A DNA stretch of 43,738 bases from Trichomonas gallinae. Lineage: Eukaryota. The position numbers were made by a program, and so were the translations under genes. Within the stretch, counting starts at the first letter, position 1; each line of letters begins with the position of its first letter. The notes below the pieces were generated by a model. It worked only from the letters and a program-made list of their open reading frames with translations, searched no databases and was not told the origin of the DNA. The DNA lies in NCBI GenBank assembly GCA_008369845.1, contig MRSU01010728.1, positions 1-43,738 on the forward strand. Direction: 5' to 3'. Below are positions 11,356 to 22,553 of the stretch, piece after piece.

Positions 11356-12477
11356 TCAATCTTTATAATAGAAAACTTCCATATCAAAGCCTTTAATTAC
11401 AAGCCTATGATTTCCATATTTATTCACATCAGATTGCATGAGTTTTATTGTTTTAAATTTTTCATTTGTAGAAATATTAAACTTTTTGTCATCGAATAAT
11501 GATCCTTTGCCTCTTTGAGAATCAAGTATTAACCATCTTTTATCCTTTGTTTTGCCAAGCAGCTGCCATGTTTTAATGTCGCCATATTTGTATTCATAGT
11601 TAATTGGCGTGATTAAACCTGATTTTACTTTTATCTTAATATATGAGTTTGGTTTATCATCTGTTCTTGCACCTGAAATTGAAGAATAAAATCCAAATCT
11701 ATCAGAAGTTTTAATTTCGACATAAACGGAAGATGTGCAGAATTTTTTGATTTTCTCTCCTTTATTATACGAAGAACTTGAGAACAAGCTTTTACTACTG
11801 AAAAAAGGAACACTAGGAATCCTGGTTTCCAATACTTCTTTATACTTATTTATCAATTCTTGAGATTGCTCATATAAAAATTTGTATGCGAAGTTTTCTT
11901 TGTTTATTTCTTGAAGTATCGCAATATCACCAATATATTCTGCTTCTGTTTTATATTTGAATGTTGGCGGCGAATTTTGTTGTTGAATTTTGTCTGTTTG
12001 CACAGATTTAGTTTCAAAACTTTGTTTTGTCGGGGATTCTGTCTTTTTGGACGAATTTGTTGATGTTTGTTCATTATTATCATGCTTTTGGTGCAAACTT
12101 TCTGATGAATTTTGGTTTTCATTAAAAATTATTATAAGTTTGGATTTTAGAAAATTCCATAGCGTCATTAGGACTGGTTGTTGAGTATATGAAAGAATTG
12201 CTTCAAAATAAGTAATAAATAAGTTCGTAATATCGTTGCTTACATTAACTAAATCAAAATATTGGAATAAATCGATATATTTATAGTCTAAAGCAGCCAG
12301 TTTGATTATTAATCTGATTACTTGGTCTTTATTTTGCGTTATTGCATTTTGATTTGAAAGAATATTTTTAATTTGTTCAAAATCAATCTGTTGCATTTGT
12401 TCGAGAAGGTATTCGTCTGAATATTCATTGAAATGGTTGCAAATTGTATCAATGTTGATGCTTGTTTGGGTTGACAT
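11356..12477 (-). CDS. Hypothetical protein with a C-terminal galactose-binding-like (F5/8 type C-like) beta-sandwich
   Basis: C-terminal KTWQLLG..DKRWLILDSQR...FKTIKLMQ..NKYGNHRLVIKGFDM pattern typical of an expanded trichomonad family. AAAGTGAC at 12526-12533 upstream. Confidence 0.6.
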   Translation of the reverse strand: MSTQTSINIDTICNHFNEYSDEYLLEQMQQIDFEQIKNILSNQNAITQNKDQVIRLIIKLAALDYKYIDLFQYFDLVNVSNDITNLFITYFEAILSYTQQPVLMTLWNFLKSKLIIIFNENQNSSESLHQKHDNNEQTSTNSSKKTESPTKQSFETKSVQTDKIQQQNSPPTFKYKTEAEYIGDIAILQEINKENFAYKFLYEQSQELINKYKEVLETRIPSVPFFSSKSLFSSSSYNKGEKIKKFCTSSVYVEIKTSDRFGFYSSISGARTDDKPNSYIKIKVKSGLITPINYEYKYGDIKTWQLLGKTKDKRWLILDSQRGKGSLFDDKKFNISTNEKFKTIKLMQSDVNKYGNHRLVIKGFDMEVFYYKD

Positions 12478-13032
12478 TGTTCCAAAAGAATGAATTCTAA
12501 ATTGAATGAAGAATTTGACTTCACGAAAGTGACAATCATTTCAAGTCAGGTTTTTGTTTTCATCCATTTTTCTTCTATATTATATATTTCATTGGAAGGA
12601 CTATTTGCTATAAAAATATTAAATCGATTCCATCTTAATTGAGTTGATATAGATATATGTGCAATGATACAATACTGGTGTTCTAACTTTCGTGAGCATC
12701 TCAAGTTGAGAGTATGCTAGATTCAATCTGAACACTGATATAGATAGCCCACAACAATACTCTATATACCATATATTATTGAGTCTTGAATCACACCCTT
12801 TAAAGACTAAAAGATGTTGATTTTCATTTTTTTAATGAATTTCAAGTCTATTGTTTATTATCTCGACGCTATTCAGCCGGACACCAGGTTAATATTCGGC
12901 GCCTATTACAATAGTTAATTAGAACTGAACTAACCTAGCAGGTATATAATAACAAACAAAAATATGAGATGTTAACTAAATGATAATAAAATCAAAATTA
13001 GAATTAAAACATATTTTATAGAAATAATAACA

Positions 13033-16000
13033 TTAATCCCATCCACCTGTGCTACTCAATCCATCTTTGGATCGATGTGTGTTATTCAATGAAAAATCCA
13101 TAGTTTTGTGGTCGGTGAGATTGAATGTAACTTCGCCATCTTCAAAACTTGGTTCTTCATAGAAAGTAGGAGTGAGTTTCTTTGTTGGTCTGCTTTGTTG
13201 TTGTTTAGGTGGAGGTGCAGCTTGAGGAACGTCTTCCTCTTCTTCGTAAACATATTCATATTCAAGTTCTTGCTGTGGCTGTGGTTCGACAGGTTTAGGT
13301 GGCGATGAAGTATTAACTCTTGGTGGAGATAGGTTTATCTGCTTTGGTGGTGAGTTTTGCAGTTGCGGTGAATATTCTGTGATCTTGACTTTCTCAACAT
13401 GTGTTTCAGGCTCATCTTCCTCGTAGATATAATAATACTCTTCTTCTTCGTTGTTTATGTGAATTGATCTTTCATGAGATTTATTGAGATTCATTGTGGA
13501 GTTTGGCGTCTTCTTGTTTGTGTTTACTGGGTGTGTCATTTGATCTCTTGTGATTGCAATGCTGTCACTTTGTGCATCATCCATGTCAGTGTCAAATTCG
13601 AAAACATTGCTTTCGACTTTTTCTTCGTTGAAATCATTCATTGTCATTCTTGGTTTATTGATCTCCATGCTTAATATACCAGGCTTAGTATCAACAGGTT
13701 TCTTTTCAGGCACTGAGCTGTCAACGCTGTCTCTTAATGTTGAAGGAACGCGATTTAGTGGCGGTTTTTCAGTGACTTCTTGCTTAGGTTTATCATTTTG
13801 AACATCTTGTGGTTTAGGCTGTTCGATTTGTTTGACTGGTTGAGATTGTGGTTGCTGTTGTGGTCTGTTGAAGTTATTGAAATTGTTTGGTGGAACAGAT
13901 GGTTTAGGAATCTCTTTGAGAACAATAGGTTTCCGGAATTCTTCGTTATTGTCGACTTTTGATTTCTTCGGTTCATCACTTTTTTCTTCCTCTTCTTCAT
14001 GCGTTTCTTCATAATTATTTTTGCCATTACATGTTTCATGCTTTGATGATGATTCTTCAATATCTTCGAATGGAAATTCATTCTCAATTTCTTTTCGCAA
14101 AGCGTTGATAATCTGGTCATATTCATCAACATTCTCGTTTATTTCAGCTCTTAACAAATCCTTGACAACCTTTTGCTGTTGAGGGTTATCAATGAATGCT
14201 GCAGACTTTGATTCAACAATTCTTGAAATGTTGTGAATTGCTGAATCAATTTTCTCTTCTGGAATTTCCTGCTCACGTTTAATGAATTTTCTTGCATGTT
14301 CAACTGCCTCTGCATATGGAAATTCTTCTTCTTCCTCTTCATTATCATCTTCATTTTCGAAGGTGTCGCCAAGCAATGTGTCATTCTTTTTATCTTCTTT
14401 CTTTTCTTCAACTTCGTCGGGTTTTTCTTCATCAATATTTTCTTCATTTATGACAATTTCTTCATCAAATTTCTGGATTGGTATATCTTGAGGACCAGTT
14501 GAATTATTTTCGAATTCAAATGGCCAATCTTCTTCCTCTTCGACTTTTTCTTCAACAATTTCTTGCTTCTTAGCTTTATTATCCAAATAAATAAACTTTG
14601 GTTGTGCTTCTTCGTCAACAATTTGATCTTTTTCTTCGTATAAAGGCTCTGGTATTTTTTGTGGTTTTGATGGTGACTGCGAAATTTCATGTCTTCTGCT
14701 GATTTCTGCTTCATCTTGAGAAAGGATTCCTTCGGATGAATATGACTTGTCTGTTTCAAATGAAACTTCAACAGGCTGTTCAATAATCGATTGACTTTGT
14801 TTCTTATCAAATTCATTCTTCGGTTTTTCTGGTGATTTCTTTGGTGAAGGTGGTTCTTGTCTCTTTGGTGATGGTGGATCTAGTTTCTTGACAGCTGGAG
14901 AAGGTTTCTTGCTTTCTTCATTGATAGGTTTATTACGTTTAGTGATAAATTCGTTGTTAGGAATTTCTTGTAATTTTTCTGGAATTTGTTTAGGCTTCTC
15001 TGAAATAGATTTTGGTTTTTTAGGTGATTTTTCTTGTATTGGTTTTGGCTTTTCTGGAGATTTTTCTTGTTGTATTTGTTCTGCTTGTTTGTGGACACTT
15101 TCAGGAGGAAGATTGATTTGTTTTGGCTTATGTGATGATTCACTAGAGCTTTCTTCATCTCTCGTTTCTCGTGAAAATGGACGAGAAAGTCTCGAATTTC
15201 TTCCAATCTTTGGTTTATTTGAAACATAAAGATTCTGATTGTGATTGATTGCTTGCTGTAACTCACCTGGAATTGGAGTAAGCGTGTAATTAATTTCTGG
15301 CTCTTTCTTCTCTTCTGAAGTATTGTCGACAATGATTGCTGGTGGCTTTGGCTCTGTTTCTTTCTTCTTTTGTTCTTCAGCTTTCTGCTTGATTATAGTT
15401 CTCATCTCTCTGACGATTGAAGACTCTTGTTCATATTGAACCATCTTTGGCTGCAGAGGATTTGAAGGATTCTGTGGTTTTTGTTGTTGAGGCTGTTGTT
15501 GTTGTGATGTTTTGTTCCTCGAGAAAATTCCTTTGACAGAAACTGATGTTGAAACGGATTCACTTTCATCTTCATCATCGCTGTGATGCTTGTTTCGTCT
15601 TAAATCAGTTTCTTCTTTGGCAACCTTTGGCTTGTTGTTTATTGTGACTTTTGCAGATGATTTTCTTACAGTGACATCATCTTTCTTCGGAATTAATGGA
15701 TCATGCATATGTGTGTTCCTGCTCTTATTCGCAATCCTTGATGGTGACTTAGGAGATGATACGTGTGGAATGTTATCTGGAATAGGTGTAGGAGGTCTTC
15801 GAGACATGAATTCTAAGTTCGGTCGTTCTTTTGTATATTTCGGCTGTTGCGGTGAAGGCGCAATTATCGAATTTTCTTCCCAAGCAATCCATGACTGGCT
15901 GAGGTCATCTACAGCTGATGACAAAGTGTCAAACAACTGTTTGTGTTTCTTTTTCTGTTGCTGATTTTTATTGAAAATTTCATCTTGTTTTGGAGCTGTG

Positions 16001-16791
16001 TTATGAGGTTTTTCTTGATCAAATTTGTCATCCTTTTGTCTCTCTTGTAATAATCTTTCATTAAAAATCTGTTCTTGTTTCAATAATAAATTTTGTTGTT
16101 CTTTCTGTAATTTTTCTTTTTCAATCGCATTATTTTCTCTTTCAACACGAATTTCTTCCTTTAAATCTTGATATAAACGCATTAATTGTTTAAATTCATT
16201 TGTTTGTTCGACTGGTTGAGGTGGAACTGAAACGTGTGGTTTCAATGATCGTATTTCAAGCCAAGATTCGTTGTAAACTGGATGATGTTTAGCAAAATGC
16301 TGATCTAGATATTGAATATTTTTATATTTCTTTCTGCAAATCGGACAACGTTCAAAATCTTGCGATTTTTTCTTTAATAATTCGTCTGCTTTCTTGTATG
16401 ATAAATAAATTTTCTTCATTTTATCGTTTTGAGATTTATAATCTTTTTCGAGTCCTTCAATCTTACGAATATATTGCTTTTGTACATCAGACATGTAAAG
16501 TAAACCGTATTGAAGGATCTGGCACATTCTAACGAGTAATGGATGAACTAATAAACGGGAAGGACATGTTTCAAAGTCAGCCACGATGAAATCTGATATG
16601 AATTTTTGCAATGGACCTAAATCATTGCTCGTTTTAAGAAGAGCTGGATCGATTGATTTAATTAATTCCCAATCTAGTGGCTCTTCGTTAGTTACAGGAG
16701 GTCCTTGTGATTGAGATTGAAATGATCCTTGTTGCTGGTAACTGTAGTCTCCCATAAGATAAGGTTGTCCACCAAATCCTGGATTCCACAT
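13033..16791 (-). CDS. DZIP1/DZIP1L (Iguana)-like basal-body/ciliogenesis protein
   Basis: Dzip-like N-terminal domain (LDWELIKSIDP...LQKFI...HPLLVRMCQILQYGLLYMSDVQ), coiled coil, C2H2 finger CPIC...HFAKHH, then a ~1000-aa P/Q/E/K-rich tail. Confidence 0.75.
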   Translation of the reverse strand: MWNPGFGGQPYLMGDYSYQQQGSFQSQSQGPPVTNEEPLDWELIKSIDPALLKTSNDLGPLQKFISDFIVADFETCPSRLLVHPLLVRMCQILQYGLLYMSDVQKQYIRKIEGLEKDYKSQNDKMKKIYLSYKKADELLKKKSQDFERCPICRKKYKNIQYLDQHFAKHHPVYNESWLEIRSLKPHVSVPPQPVEQTNEFKQLMRLYQDLKEEIRVERENNAIEKEKLQKEQQNLLLKQEQIFNERLLQERQKDDKFDQEKPHNTAPKQDEIFNKNQQQKKKHKQLFDTLSSAVDDLSQSWIAWEENSIIAPSPQQPKYTKERPNLEFMSRRPPTPIPDNIPHVSSPKSPSRIANKSRNTHMHDPLIPKKDDVTVRKSSAKVTINNKPKVAKEETDLRRNKHHSDDEDESESVSTSVSVKGIFSRNKTSQQQQPQQQKPQNPSNPLQPKMVQYEQESSIVREMRTIIKQKAEEQKKKETEPKPPAIIVDNTSEEKKEPEINYTLTPIPGELQQAINHNQNLYVSNKPKIGRNSRLSRPFSRETRDEESSSESSHKPKQINLPPESVHKQAEQIQQEKSPEKPKPIQEKSPKKPKSISEKPKQIPEKLQEIPNNEFITKRNKPINEESKKPSPAVKKLDPPSPKRQEPPSPKKSPEKPKNEFDKKQSQSIIEQPVEVSFETDKSYSSEGILSQDEAEISRRHEISQSPSKPQKIPEPLYEEKDQIVDEEAQPKFIYLDNKAKKQEIVEEKVEEEEDWPFEFENNSTGPQDIPIQKFDEEIVINEENIDEEKPDEVEEKKEDKKNDTLLGDTFENEDDNEEEEEEFPYAEAVEHARKFIKREQEIPEEKIDSAIHNISRIVESKSAAFIDNPQQQKVVKDLLRAEINENVDEYDQIINALRKEIENEFPFEDIEESSSKHETCNGKNNYEETHEEEEEKSDEPKKSKVDNNEEFRKPIVLKEIPKPSVPPNNFNNFNRPQQQPQSQPVKQIEQPKPQDVQNDKPKQEVTEKPPLNRVPSTLRDSVDSSVPEKKPVDTKPGILSMEINKPRMTMNDFNEEKVESNVFEFDTDMDDAQSDSIAITRDQMTHPVNTNKKTPNSTMNLNKSHERSIHINNEEEEYYYIYEEDEPETHVEKVKITEYSPQLQNSPPKQINLSPPRVNTSSPPKPVEPQPQQELEYEYVYEEEEDVPQAAPPPKQQQSRPTKKLTPTFYEEPSFEDGEVTFNLTDHKTMDFSLNNTHRSKDGLSSTGGWD

Positions 16792-17112
16792 ATTTCAAAA
16801 TAGCAAATTTTTACTCTAAAACTTTTAAACCTGAAATATAAACTTCGTAAAATAATAAATCCACTCAACAAATTTTCTCTAATTCTTATATTTATCATCT
16901 GTCTAAAAAAATCACATTATATTGTTAAATCAAAAGTTGCCAATGCAATTTTCTGTCCAAAAATAATATATTTTACTTCTCATTGGAAAATATTGTTAAT
17001 ATTTCGATTTCGAAAATATTCTGCTTTTGATTAAAAATGAAGATGTATTTATGGAGGTATGATATATAACATTATGAATATTTTATATTTATGCTTAATA
17101 TTAGAAAAAAAT

Positions 17113-17706
17113 CTAATCAACAAAATATGCGATGAGGCAAATAAGAGCAATAAGAATACAGATTACACCACCAATTAACAGATATTTCCTGTATTTAAGA
17201 CATAAAGACTTTATCGCCTGTTCTCCAGTTTCATTTGTTTCAACATCTGCTTCTAAATCATTTAACGGCTTTTCAATGTCAGGTATATGTTGTCCACGTG
17301 GCATTTCTTCAACTTCGAGCACATTTGAAGTAGAATTATCATAAGCTGATGATTTAGGTGCAGGAATTGATGATGGCTGTTCCTTATCAATAAAATGTTC
17401 AGCAACTGTACTACGTTTAACAAATCCTTCCTTCTTTATCGCACTAAAACGTGCTTCTAATGTTTGAAAATCTGTATTCATTTTAGCATAGAACTTTCGT
17501 GCTTCGTCCTGATCATGTTCATCGTATGATGATATTGAATCACTGAATTCGCCAAATTGTCTTTGAAGATCTGAAAATTTCTTTTGTAAAATTGAAACGT
17601 TTTCGTCCCATTCTTTCTCACCAAGGTCCCTGAACCTGTCAATTCCGGTTGCAATTTCAGTCCTTAGCGTGTCTAATTCCTCTCTCTGTGCTTCGAAACC
17701 AAGCAT
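17113..17706 (-). CDS. Tail-anchored protein with a Habc-like helical N-terminus (SNARE-related)
   Basis: About 90 aa of amphipathic helices, a linker, a basic stretch KYRKY, then a C-terminal transmembrane helix LLIGGVICILIALICLIAYFVD. Confidence 0.6.
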   Translation of the reverse strand: MLGFEAQREELDTLRTEIATGIDRFRDLGEKEWDENVSILQKKFSDLQRQFGEFSDSISSYDEHDQDEARKFYAKMNTDFQTLEARFSAIKKEGFVKRSTVAEHFIDKEQPSSIPAPKSSAYDNSTSNVLEVEEMPRGQHIPDIEKPLNDLEADVETNETGEQAIKSLCLKYRKYLLIGGVICILIALICLIAYFVD

Positions 17707-18103
17707 AAGAAATGGATTTCATTTCACTTGTCACACCTATCAAATTTTTTGTTAAGGTTATAACCTTATCTTCAGCATCATGATGAAAGATCTCAACGCC
17801 TAATCTTCCCGGCAGAATCCATCCAATTTACAGTTGTAGATACTGTAGAACCATAAAAGCCACATATTAGAAAATCTTGTAACATTCACCAACTAAGATA
17901 ATTTTTGACAAATGTCAGAAATTGCGAAATATAACCTATGATAAGGATTCAATATTGGCTTCCATACAATTTATTTTCTTAAATCATTCGTTGTACAGTA
18001 CCTATTAAACAAAACAAACTTATATTTTAATACGAATTAAAAAAAAAAATATTCAAACACAAAGCTATTATTATGAGACTTTACAATATCACACCTTATG
18101 ATT

Positions 18104-18490
18104 TACAGTTATTACTATTATTACAGGCTAATGACTTATATATGTACAGGATATCTATTCTTCATATTGGGCAATATTTTATGTCATGTAAATTTTGTAA
18201 ATGTCAAATCATTTGTTTCTTTTATAGTTATTATTATTATTATTACAGGTTACTGGCTTATCGTTCCTGCATTAGCTCTGGTGAATCATATAGCGCCTAA
18301 ATTCCTGAACTTTTTCGTTTATATGATATTTGCTACTCACTTGAAGAACAATTTTGTCATGTAAGTTTTGTAAATGTCAAAATTGAAATGTAATTATCAG
18401 AAAGTCAATTCAATTTTGAGAACGATATGTAAATGTCAGAAGTAAAATTCAAAAGTCAGAAATTAAATGTAAAATTCAGAATTGTAAAAA
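18104..18490. repeat. Locally duplicated, degenerate intergenic repeat
   Basis: agttatta(c/t)tattattacagg-like block at ~18107 and ~18225. tgtcatgtaa(a/g)ttttgtaaatgtcaaa at ~18182 and ~18355. A related motif occurs at ~32037. Confidence 0.6.
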
Positions 18491-18605
18491 ATTGACAAAG
18501 AATTGTGAAATTATCGAAAACGTTTTTAAATTATCATTCTAGAAATTTGTACGCATCAAAATTTTTTTGTTTAAAAAATTGACATTAAAAAAAAAATCAT
18601 AAAAT

Positions 18606-21600
18606 ATGGAGGATCCATTTGAGAGGATTTCATTATTCTCTCATGACTCCAATCTTATATATAGCTTCAAGTGGAAGATTCTTCTGCTTGGATCTGTTTT
18701 GAAGTCAACAACAACAAATTACAAACAGCGAGTTTTTGGAACCATCACTTTTATACTTAATATCCTCGCTTATTCAATCCCTCCGATGTATTTCATCTCT
18801 TCAAGTAAGATAGATAACTCATCTATGAATCAAAATCCACTTGATATATTCGAAAATAATACAATTCTTTCTTTTCTCACCAGCACATTATTTACAAACA
18901 CTTCCCTATTAGTTTTTTGCTGCATATTCTATTTAACAATCGACATGTTGACAATAAGAGCATTCAATAGGCCAGAAATAGTGATTAAACTAAATTATTT
19001 CACAACACCTAATTTCCATTCGATCTCCTTACCAATATCAGCTGCAATTATCATTCATTGTGTTATGATTATTGTAAATCCTCCAGAAAACGCTTTACCT
19101 CACATTACATTATGCATTGTTACGTTTCTATCATTTGTCCCGTATTTTATTTTCAATATTCTATTGGTCGCGATTTTTGGATCATCAATTATCTTACCGA
19201 ATCCACAATATACACAATGGTTTGATACAGGCTCTATAAATATTGTTTTTTACTACTTCATTACTGCCATTGGATTCTTCTCATTGCCAAAACTTCAATA
19301 TACAGCAAAACTCGTAGTAATCTTCACGATTATTCTCTTTTCATTGTATTGCTTATATTACCAACTCAAATCTCTACCAGCCATTTCACGTCTTGGCAAT
19401 GAATTCGGTTTAATGAAAACGTTATTAAATTTATTATTCGCTCTTGCAGGATTAGCTAGAATTACTGGCTACCTTTCGCGTGTTACAATGTTAATTGGTC
19501 TATTACCAGTTGTATTTGTCTTCTGCTTCCTTTGTTCATATTTTATGGTATATGGAAGAACAAAATTTTATACAGGCATCATCGAATCATTAGAATCCGT
19601 TTATTCACCAACATTCGAATACTTTGAATCCATTTTGAAGCATATCAGAACAGAATTCGATTTTAGAATTTTAATTAAGCTTGGAATCAGTTTTAACTCT
19701 TCACTTTTCGTCAAACAAGAATTTTTAGGCTATGTCATGTCCCGATTTCCAAATTCCGAATGGATGTTAAGATATACAATTTACTTGTACTCAAACGTAT
19801 GGGGAGTAGATAATACAACATACAAATACTTTTTGCACCTTTTATCCGTCGAAAAACTTGAATTTACAACACAATTAATGTTATTCGAAGCTGTTTACTG
19901 TTACATGCAGACATCAGAAGACAGTTCGCCTTTAATCAAGAACGACATGAAGGGATGCATCGAGATTATCTCTCAATTCGGTTTAGCAACAAAAATTTTG
20001 TGGTCACACGCACCAAAATCTGCTGATACACTTTACAACGACCTTAAAAGCGTCAATGAAGTTTTGCAGTTGGCTGCAACACATATTAAGAAGATGGCTG
20101 CATTATACCAATTCAACCATAACGTTTATTTCGCGAAAAGTATCTATTATGCTGACTTGAAGAAGAATTTCAGGAAAGCTAATGATGCTTATTTCGAAGG
20201 TTTACAATTATTCAACGAAAAACAGAAATATGTCACATCAACACTGAACAGCAACCAGAGGCCTTATTTTTCAGCTCCCGTCAATCAAGACTTGATGATG
20301 AAACCTCAGCAATCATCAAATGTTTTAACATTTTTGTCTGTAAGAGATCATAGCGGCGATTTAGTCAAGAGAAGGCCAAACATTGACTTCAAATCCCAAT
20401 ACATGAATTTATACGCCAATGTCTGCACAGCTGAAAGAAACCAACTATTGCCTAATACACCTTTGATTACGAATTGGTTCCAAATATTCAGGTTCTTCCA
20501 AGTTGTCATCGCAATTCTTTTCTTCGGTTTTGTTATTTTCAATCATGCAATGCTAAGAAGAGAATGGGGACTCGCCGAAGAATACAGACTCGCATACGAC
20601 TCATGCTACAAGTTCAGAGTTTTCATTGATACAACGGAAAAACTTACTTACAACTATTTCGTTCTACAACAAGCGAAGAAAGAAGGAAATTACAGAATCT
20701 GTCCATTCATCATTGAACACTTTAAACTTCTGCAAAAGAATTTCACGAGAATTATCGGAACTGTTGACCAGTTGAACGATTTTGTGAATATTTCTGATAT
20801 TGTCATCAATGGATACACATTCATGAACTGCTATCAAGAATTCAGACAATTGATTCATTCTTCTTATTCTAACTACAATAATTCATATTTATATACAACC
20901 GATGAGCTGATTAATTTAAGAACGAATTTGATTAATTTGTCCATTGTCATATTCAACAGAATACATAACAGAATCACGCATGGAACAGAAGAAGTCTTCT
21001 TCAATCACATTAACAATCAGAAGATGAATTTATGCGGCATGATTTTGACAAGCGTTATTTTCTTCTTGATTATGAGATGGATTTTTTACAAACTCAAAAA
21101 TGATATGTTCCTTGTTTTCTCAACATTACAATATCCAGTTCGCAAAATGCTCGAGAAACAATACGATACTATTTTATCATCGAAAGATCCTGCTTTGGCT
21201 CCTCCAAAACCACAAAGTATCTTCAAGCTGTTTTTGTCATTGATTTTCGCTTTATCGATGATTGTCTTTCAAGTTATTTTGAGTATCAGAAGGTTAAACA
21301 GTGCCAAAACAACAATCACACCCCAAGTTTTGCCTAACAATCCACTAAATATTACTATCCCATTCATGGCATATTACGAACACACTTTATTAGAGTCAAG
21401 ATTATGCAACAATTTAATGGACAACTGTCCGCATGTTTCTGATGTCAGATGTGTCCATCACTTTTTCGAACGAGCTCATCCACATCCAATTTCTCCAATT
21501 GTCCATGAATGCTGTGATGAATCATGGAGCAGAATAATGATGTTAGTTATGTCATATCTAGCATGCGTAGCTTTCTACTCATTCATGCTGAGACTGAAAA

Positions 21601-22553
21601 AGTTGATGCGAACATTCTGGGAATCTTCACATCTTCTGTTTGCAATTCCTGTTCACATTGGCCGCTCCAATTATATTTTCACGAAGCTCATCACAGGCGA
21701 CAAAATTGATTCGAGTGATGTTAAGGAGTACGTCAAAGAATTATGGAATGATACAGCATCATATGATTTATTCGGAGTTTTGAGATTTTCTTCCACTGGT
21801 GAAGTTATCGAAAATATTGGCAGTGCATCAAAGATATTAGGCACAAAACCGAAGTCAATTGATGAACTCAAAGATGTTCTGTTGAAATGTGGTGTTTCTT
21901 CGTCAACATTAGAAAGATTTTTGCAAGAAAAAACTTCTTCAAATTTGATATATGGATGTGGAACATCGCCTTTCATGGCTTACTTCAGCTCTCCGACAGA
22001 ATTATTCATCAAAGATGAAAGTAGCGACAAAATCTCAAGCCGCACCGATATTATCAACAGCTTGCATGAAAATGCTAAGATAGAAAGACCTCCATTAGTT
22101 GAAAATGCATGTGTAATATTCTTCAAAGGCGTTTCGAAGTGTGATTATGAGACAATCATGAACGAAAGCAAGTTAATTGGCAATGAATTGATATTAGCAG
22201 ATGGAAGGTTCTCGAGTTTAGTTTATACTATTGACTTGCAAGCAAATGACAAAGGAAAGGTTATTTATGATTTCGTTAAAAAGTGCAGAGAAAGATGCGA
22301 TACAGGAAGATTTGCTGTGTGTTATGGAGGAAATGTCAATATTTTGCAACCGAACAGGCAGATGATTGAGAAATCCCGAATATTAGGCAAACCTTTCCAT
22401 GATGCTGAATATCTTTGCAATTGCGCGGAATTAGATGATAAACGTGCATATTTCCAGAAAGAGTTCCTTGAAAAGGCAAAGATTGATATCTCTTTGAATA
22501 GATTGAGAGATGTCAAAATAAGAGACAGCATAATTTCAGTTGCTATTATTTGA
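18606..22553 (+). CDS. Large multi-pass membrane protein of the trichomonad transmembrane-cyclase-like family with a degenerate C-terminal cyclase-like domain
   Basis: About 7 N-terminal TM helices, a helical region, further TM segments, and a C-terminal ACVIFF...FAVCYGGNV...RILGKPFHDAEYLC region that echoes the class III cyclase fold. Confidence 0.55.
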   Translation: MEDPFERISLFSHDSNLIYSFKWKILLLGSVLKSTTTNYKQRVFGTITFILNILAYSIPPMYFISSSKIDNSSMNQNPLDIFENNTILSFLTSTLFTNTSLLVFCCIFYLTIDMLTIRAFNRPEIVIKLNYFTTPNFHSISLPISAAIIIHCVMIIVNPPENALPHITLCIVTFLSFVPYFIFNILLVAIFGSSIILPNPQYTQWFDTGSINIVFYYFITAIGFFSLPKLQYTAKLVVIFTIILFSLYCLYYQLKSLPAISRLGNEFGLMKTLLNLLFALAGLARITGYLSRVTMLIGLLPVVFVFCFLCSYFMVYGRTKFYTGIIESLESVYSPTFEYFESILKHIRTEFDFRILIKLGISFNSSLFVKQEFLGYVMSRFPNSEWMLRYTIYLYSNVWGVDNTTYKYFLHLLSVEKLEFTTQLMLFEAVYCYMQTSEDSSPLIKNDMKGCIEIISQFGLATKILWSHAPKSADTLYNDLKSVNEVLQLAATHIKKMAALYQFNHNVYFAKSIYYADLKKNFRKANDAYFEGLQLFNEKQKYVTSTLNSNQRPYFSAPVNQDLMMKPQQSSNVLTFLSVRDHSGDLVKRRPNIDFKSQYMNLYANVCTAERNQLLPNTPLITNWFQIFRFFQVVIAILFFGFVIFNHAMLRREWGLAEEYRLAYDSCYKFRVFIDTTEKLTYNYFVLQQAKKEGNYRICPFIIEHFKLLQKNFTRIIGTVDQLNDFVNISDIVINGYTFMNCYQEFRQLIHSSYSNYNNSYLYTTDELINLRTNLINLSIVIFNRIHNRITHGTEEVFFNHINNQKMNLCGMILTSVIFFLIMRWIFYKLKNDMFLVFSTLQYPVRKMLEKQYDTILSSKDPALAPPKPQSIFKLFLSLIFALSMIVFQVILSIRRLNSAKTTITPQVLPNNPLNITIPFMAYYEHTLLESRLCNNLMDNCPHVSDVRCVHHFFERAHPHPISPIVHECCDESWSRIMMLVMSYLACVAFYSFMLRLKKLMRTFWESSHLLFAIPVHIGRSNYIFTKLITGDKIDSSDVKEYVKELWNDTASYDLFGVLRFSSTGEVIENIGSASKILGTKPKSIDELKDVLLKCGVSSSTLERFLQEKTSSNLIYGCGTSPFMAYFSSPTELFIKDESSDKISSRTDIINSLHENAKIERPPLVENACVIFFKGVSKCDYETIMNESKLIGNELILADGRFSSLVYTIDLQANDKGKVIYDFVKKCRERCDTGRFAVCYGGNVNILQPNRQMIEKSRILGKPFHDAEYLCNCAELDDKRAYFQKEFLEKAKIDISLNRLRDVKIRDSIISVAII

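Noticed and set aside
12683..12694. ctaactttcgt as a possible snoRNA guide to small-subunit rRNA
   Set aside because: The match is short and to yeast-type rRNA as recalled, the trichomonad sequence appears to differ there, and no canonical box is adjacent.
4901..16898. Many 60-160 aa overlapping or antisense ORFs inside TOR and the DZIP1-like gene
   Set aside because: Shadow ORFs caused by codon bias and low complexity, with no motifs of their own.
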